Origin: Patescibacteria group bacterium
Lineage (GTDB): Bacteria; Patescibacteriota; Patescibacteriia; UBA9934
NCBI GenBank assembly: GCA_018062825.1
Contig: JAGORL010000002.1
Coordinates: forward strand, 129,629-193,628
Direction: 5' to 3'
DNA length: 64,000 nt
In this document: positions 59,419-64,000 of the stretch, piece after piece
How the letters are laid out: each line of letters opens with the position of its first letter
Numbering within the stretch: position 1 is the stretch's first letter
Notes under the pieces: model-generated
Told to the model about the DNA's origin: nothing
The model's input: only the letters and a program-made list of their open reading frames with translations
Database searches by the model: none
Position numbers and translations under genes: made by a program

Positions 59419-60555
59419 TCAAATCCTAGCGGTGGATTGCTCCCCAGAACCTGCAGTTGGCAAATGAACCGCAGCACTTTGCAAAATACCTATAAGAATA
59501 ATTGAAAAAATAAGTGAACTGCCACCATAGCTCACAAAAGGCAGGGCAATGCCTGTAGCCGGCAACAAAGCGAGGTTAGCACCCATATGAACAATGGCTT
59601 CAACAAGGAATAGTGAAAAAATCCCCACCGCAAGATAGGTCGAAAAGTGATCAACACTACGTGAAGCAATAGAAAAAGTACGCCACAATAAAATAGTATA
59701 GGCCAAAACAACAAGAGAAACCCCTATAAAACCAAGCTCTTCTGCAATAACCGCAAAGATAAAGTCAGTCTGACTTTCCGGCAAAAAGCGCAATTGACTC
59801 TGGCTACCAGCCCCAAGCCCTCGCCCACCCCAACCGCCAGCACCAATAGCGATCTGAGCCTGGAGCACGTTGTAACCAGTGCCCTGCGGATCTGATAAAG
59901 GTTGCAAAAAAGTCAGAATGCGTTCGCGCTGGTAGTTCGCAAAGAGCAAAAACCAACCGATAATAGCCGAAACGCCGCCAAAAGCCGCAAGAACTGCTAC
60001 GTGCCGAACTCTAATGCCCGCAAAAAGAACAATACTCGCCCAAGTTGCAAATAAAATAGCTGCTCCGCCCATATCTGGCTGCAAAAACAGTAAAGAAGCA
60101 GGAATCGCAACCCGCAAAAATGAACTGAACAACTCACGCCAGCCAAAAGAGCGCCGGGCATCTTGGGCAAAATAACGAGCTAACTCAAGAATGACAACAA
60201 CCTTAGCGTACTCAACCGGCTGGAAAGCAAAATTACCAAAAACGAACCAACCCGTTGCACCATTCAGCTCTCGACCAAAAAACAACACACCTATAAGAAG
60301 GAGGACTCCGCTCACGTAAGCTAAACGAGCATAAGCACGAAAAAATGAAACATGAAGCGTGGCACAAATAATCGCAACCGTTGCACCAATGCCAAAAGCG
60401 ATAAACTGTTTTTGTAAAAATGAAAACTCCCCCGTCCCTCGTGACAACTCAACTGAAGTGATCGCCGCCAAGCCAAAAGAAAAAAGTGCAAAAACACTCA
60501 ATAGGACTCCCCAGTCAAATCGTTGGAGGATTCGTAGTGATCGTTCAAAGCGCAT
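59419..60555 (-). CDS. SEDS-family peptidoglycan polymerase (FtsW/RodA). Probably RodA, given the presence of mreB.
   Basis: 10-TM protein with 'GIALPFVSYGGSSL'. Confidence 0.85.
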   Translation of the reverse strand: MRFERSLRILQRFDWGVLLSVFALFSFGLAAITSVELSRGTGEFSFLQKQFIAFGIGATVAIICATLHVSFFRAYARLAYVSGVLLLIGVLFFGRELNGATGWFVFGNFAFQPVEYAKVVVILELARYFAQDARRSFGWRELFSSFLRVAIPASLLFLQPDMGGAAILFATWASIVLFAGIRVRHVAVLAAFGGVSAIIGWFLLFANYQRERILTFLQPLSDPQGTGYNVLQAQIAIGAGGWGGRGLGAGSQSQLRFLPESQTDFIFAVIAEELGFIGVSLVVLAYTILLWRTFSIASRSVDHFSTYLAVGIFSLFLVEAIVHMGANLALLPATGIALPFVSYGGSSLIFSIILIGILQSAAVHLPTAGSGEQSTARI

Positions 60556-60592
60556 GCAGCCATGCTAACAGGCCACAGGTTGATCAACAAGC

Positions 60593-61537
60593 TTAATCAA
60601 GAAGATAAATATCCCGCACGTCTTGCAACTGAGCTCCCCGAGGAGACATGTAGGCCTGTGGATCAAAAAATGGAATGACCGGCGTAACAACAACAGTGGC
60701 GGTAGCAGGAAGCGTGCCAAAAAATCGCACTTGAATCTCCCGAGTTTCGCCAGACATAAAACGAGGAATCGTGACTGACGTTAGGCCGACGATCGACGAT
60801 CCACGCATGAGTGAAACAAGAAACGTAGGCTCCCAGTAACTATAGGAGCTACGGTTAGTGACAGAAAAAGTAGCCGTAGCACTTGAGGTGCTCTGTGCAT
60901 CAGGAAGAAAAACCGTCTGATCAATAGAGAAATCACGATGCTTTTCAAGGTAATCACCAATATCACCAACCTGAGCTCGATCAACAAGTGAGAACGCCAC
61001 ATTCTCAAGAACAAGACGTGCATTCTGTGGTCGACCCGCACTTTCAACCGCATACTGCGTAAGGGTGACCGTCTCACCTGGATTAGCAAAACCTTCAATC
61101 AGAACGATTTCACCAGCATCAGAAGTAAAACCGTAATCAAAGGTCACGACATGATGCGTATTAGGGTTCTCAAGCGTTGCATAAAGATCGTATCTTCCAC
61201 CACCAGTATCCAAAACCGCAACCGACCCTAACGCTAACTGCTGCGGAGCAAGCGACAACGCTGCCGCGCGAGTGAAGCGTGAATTCAATGAAGTAGTGGC
61301 TGAAAGACGTACATCAGCAAATGACCCTTGAACTACATAAACTCCAACTGTAGCAAGAGTAAACAACAAAAGAATGGCATCTATAAAGAAGAATACCCCT
61401 AAAAAAGCCTGCTCAACCTTTGGTCGAGCTTCTAAGAAAGTGACCTTACGCCTGTAGTCACGCTCGATCTGAGCGTACTCAGTCGCTAGGCCACTTGAAA
61501 AATCTGGTGGCCGTCGCTCCTCCATTTCTCCCGCCAT
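60593..61537 (-). CDS. Hypothetical membrane-anchored protein.
   Basis: One N-terminal TM (FLGVFFFIDAILLLFTLATVGVYVV) and a large extracytoplasmic domain. Confidence 0.5.
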   Translation of the reverse strand: MAGEMEERRPPDFSSGLATEYAQIERDYRRKVTFLEARPKVEQAFLGVFFFIDAILLLFTLATVGVYVVQGSFADVRLSATTSLNSRFTRAAALSLAPQQLALGSVAVLDTGGGRYDLYATLENPNTHHVVTFDYGFTSDAGEIVLIEGFANPGETVTLTQYAVESAGRPQNARLVLENVAFSLVDRAQVGDIGDYLEKHRDFSIDQTVFLPDAQSTSSATATFSVTNRSSYSYWEPTFLVSLMRGSSIVGLTSVTIPRFMSGETREIQVRFFGTLPATATVVVTPVIPFFDPQAYMSPRGAQLQDVRDIYLLD

Positions 61538-61617
61538 ATATATTCATTTTATCACACCCACACCTTGTTCTGAGCAAAATCGGCATGGTACGCTTCCCGC
61601 CGAATCACCTTCTTTGA

Positions 61618-63633
<2,016 letters not shown>

Positions 63634-63640
63634 GAATTAA

Positions 63641-63672
63641 AATCCGCCCCACCCGGGCGGATTTGATTTTTC
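63641..63672 (+). terminator. Rho-independent terminator of gyrB.
   Basis: aatccgcccc-accc-gggcggatt-tgatttttcg. Confidence 0.7.
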
Positions 63673-63726
63673 GTAAAACATAAGCTACTCTTACTCGTCG
63701 CACCTTCAAACCACTCGGAGCACACT

Positions 63727-64000
63727 CATGCCCAATACCCTAAGGGAAATCTTCCGTCAGCCAGAGATGGCGATCACAACGAGGAACTTGGCGCTCGAAC
63801 TCTCAGAACTCCTCGCGCCCTACGAGAGCTTCATGCTCGCGGTCGATCACGCCGATCACAACGAAGTCCTGATCGCGCAGGGGCTACTGCGTGAAGAGGT
63901 TCTCACCGCAGACTTCTTCCGCAAGCTCGACCTGCTGGTCAATTCGATTTCCGAACACCTCACGTTCGTTGCGAGCAAGTCCGGACAGTCGCCCTCGCGC
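63727..64000 (+). CDS. 5' part of an unknown ORF (truncated by the window end).
   Basis: ATG at 63727 opens a frame that runs without a stop to the window end (MPNTLREIFRQPEMAITTRNLALELSE...). Confidence 0.3.

Overview
This 64 kb window is a gene-dense chromosomal segment, mostly transcribed on the minus strand, from a small-genome bacterium. Its background GC is about 50%. A Patescibacteria/CPR-like origin is possible but only tentative; the clues are a short EF-Ts, a short TsaB and a broken rplKAJL-rpoBC context.

Housekeeping genes present are mreB, rplJ, rplL, tsf, rpsB, queA, rpmE, prfA, prmC, an L25/Ctc-type gene, a rodA/ftsW-family gene, gyrB and a NUDIX plus HIT pair. They are interleaved with a very large cell-envelope glycan locus:
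- five GT1 and three GT2 glycosyltransferases, one a processive GT2 with a QxxRW motif
- an RmlA-like, RmlB and RmlD-like dTDP-sugar set and a UXS-like epimerase/dehydratase
- a CDP-alcohol phosphatidyltransferase and several polytopic membrane proteins
- two paralogous LRPGGG-motif (DUF4012-like) proteins next to mreB

The window also carries a secreted S8 protease, a 1365-aa surface protein and an ECF sigma with a putative anti-sigma factor.

The most unusual content is a compositionally distinct block of about 65% GC at 42.3-50.3 kb. Smaller GC-rich patches lie at 1-1.4 kb, 52.1-52.8 kb and 53.8-55.1 kb. The main block holds five tandem, separately transcribed genes for acidic Asp/Cys-rich lipoproteins. 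They are built from MopE-like or thrombospondin-type-3-like 'DxDxDG...DCDD...NP.A.E.CDG.DNDCDG' repeats. Each gene has its own extended -10 promoter and a UUCG-loop intrinsic terminator.

A dispersed structured intergenic repeat family is also present. Its core is CAGCCCCAACG-hairpin-CGAAGTGGGCC, flanked by CCCTAYTCCCTA direct repeats, and it occurs at 4-6 loci. A 20-bp perfect inverted repeat bounds a structured 5' leader. No rRNA, tRNA or CRISPR features could be supported by eye.
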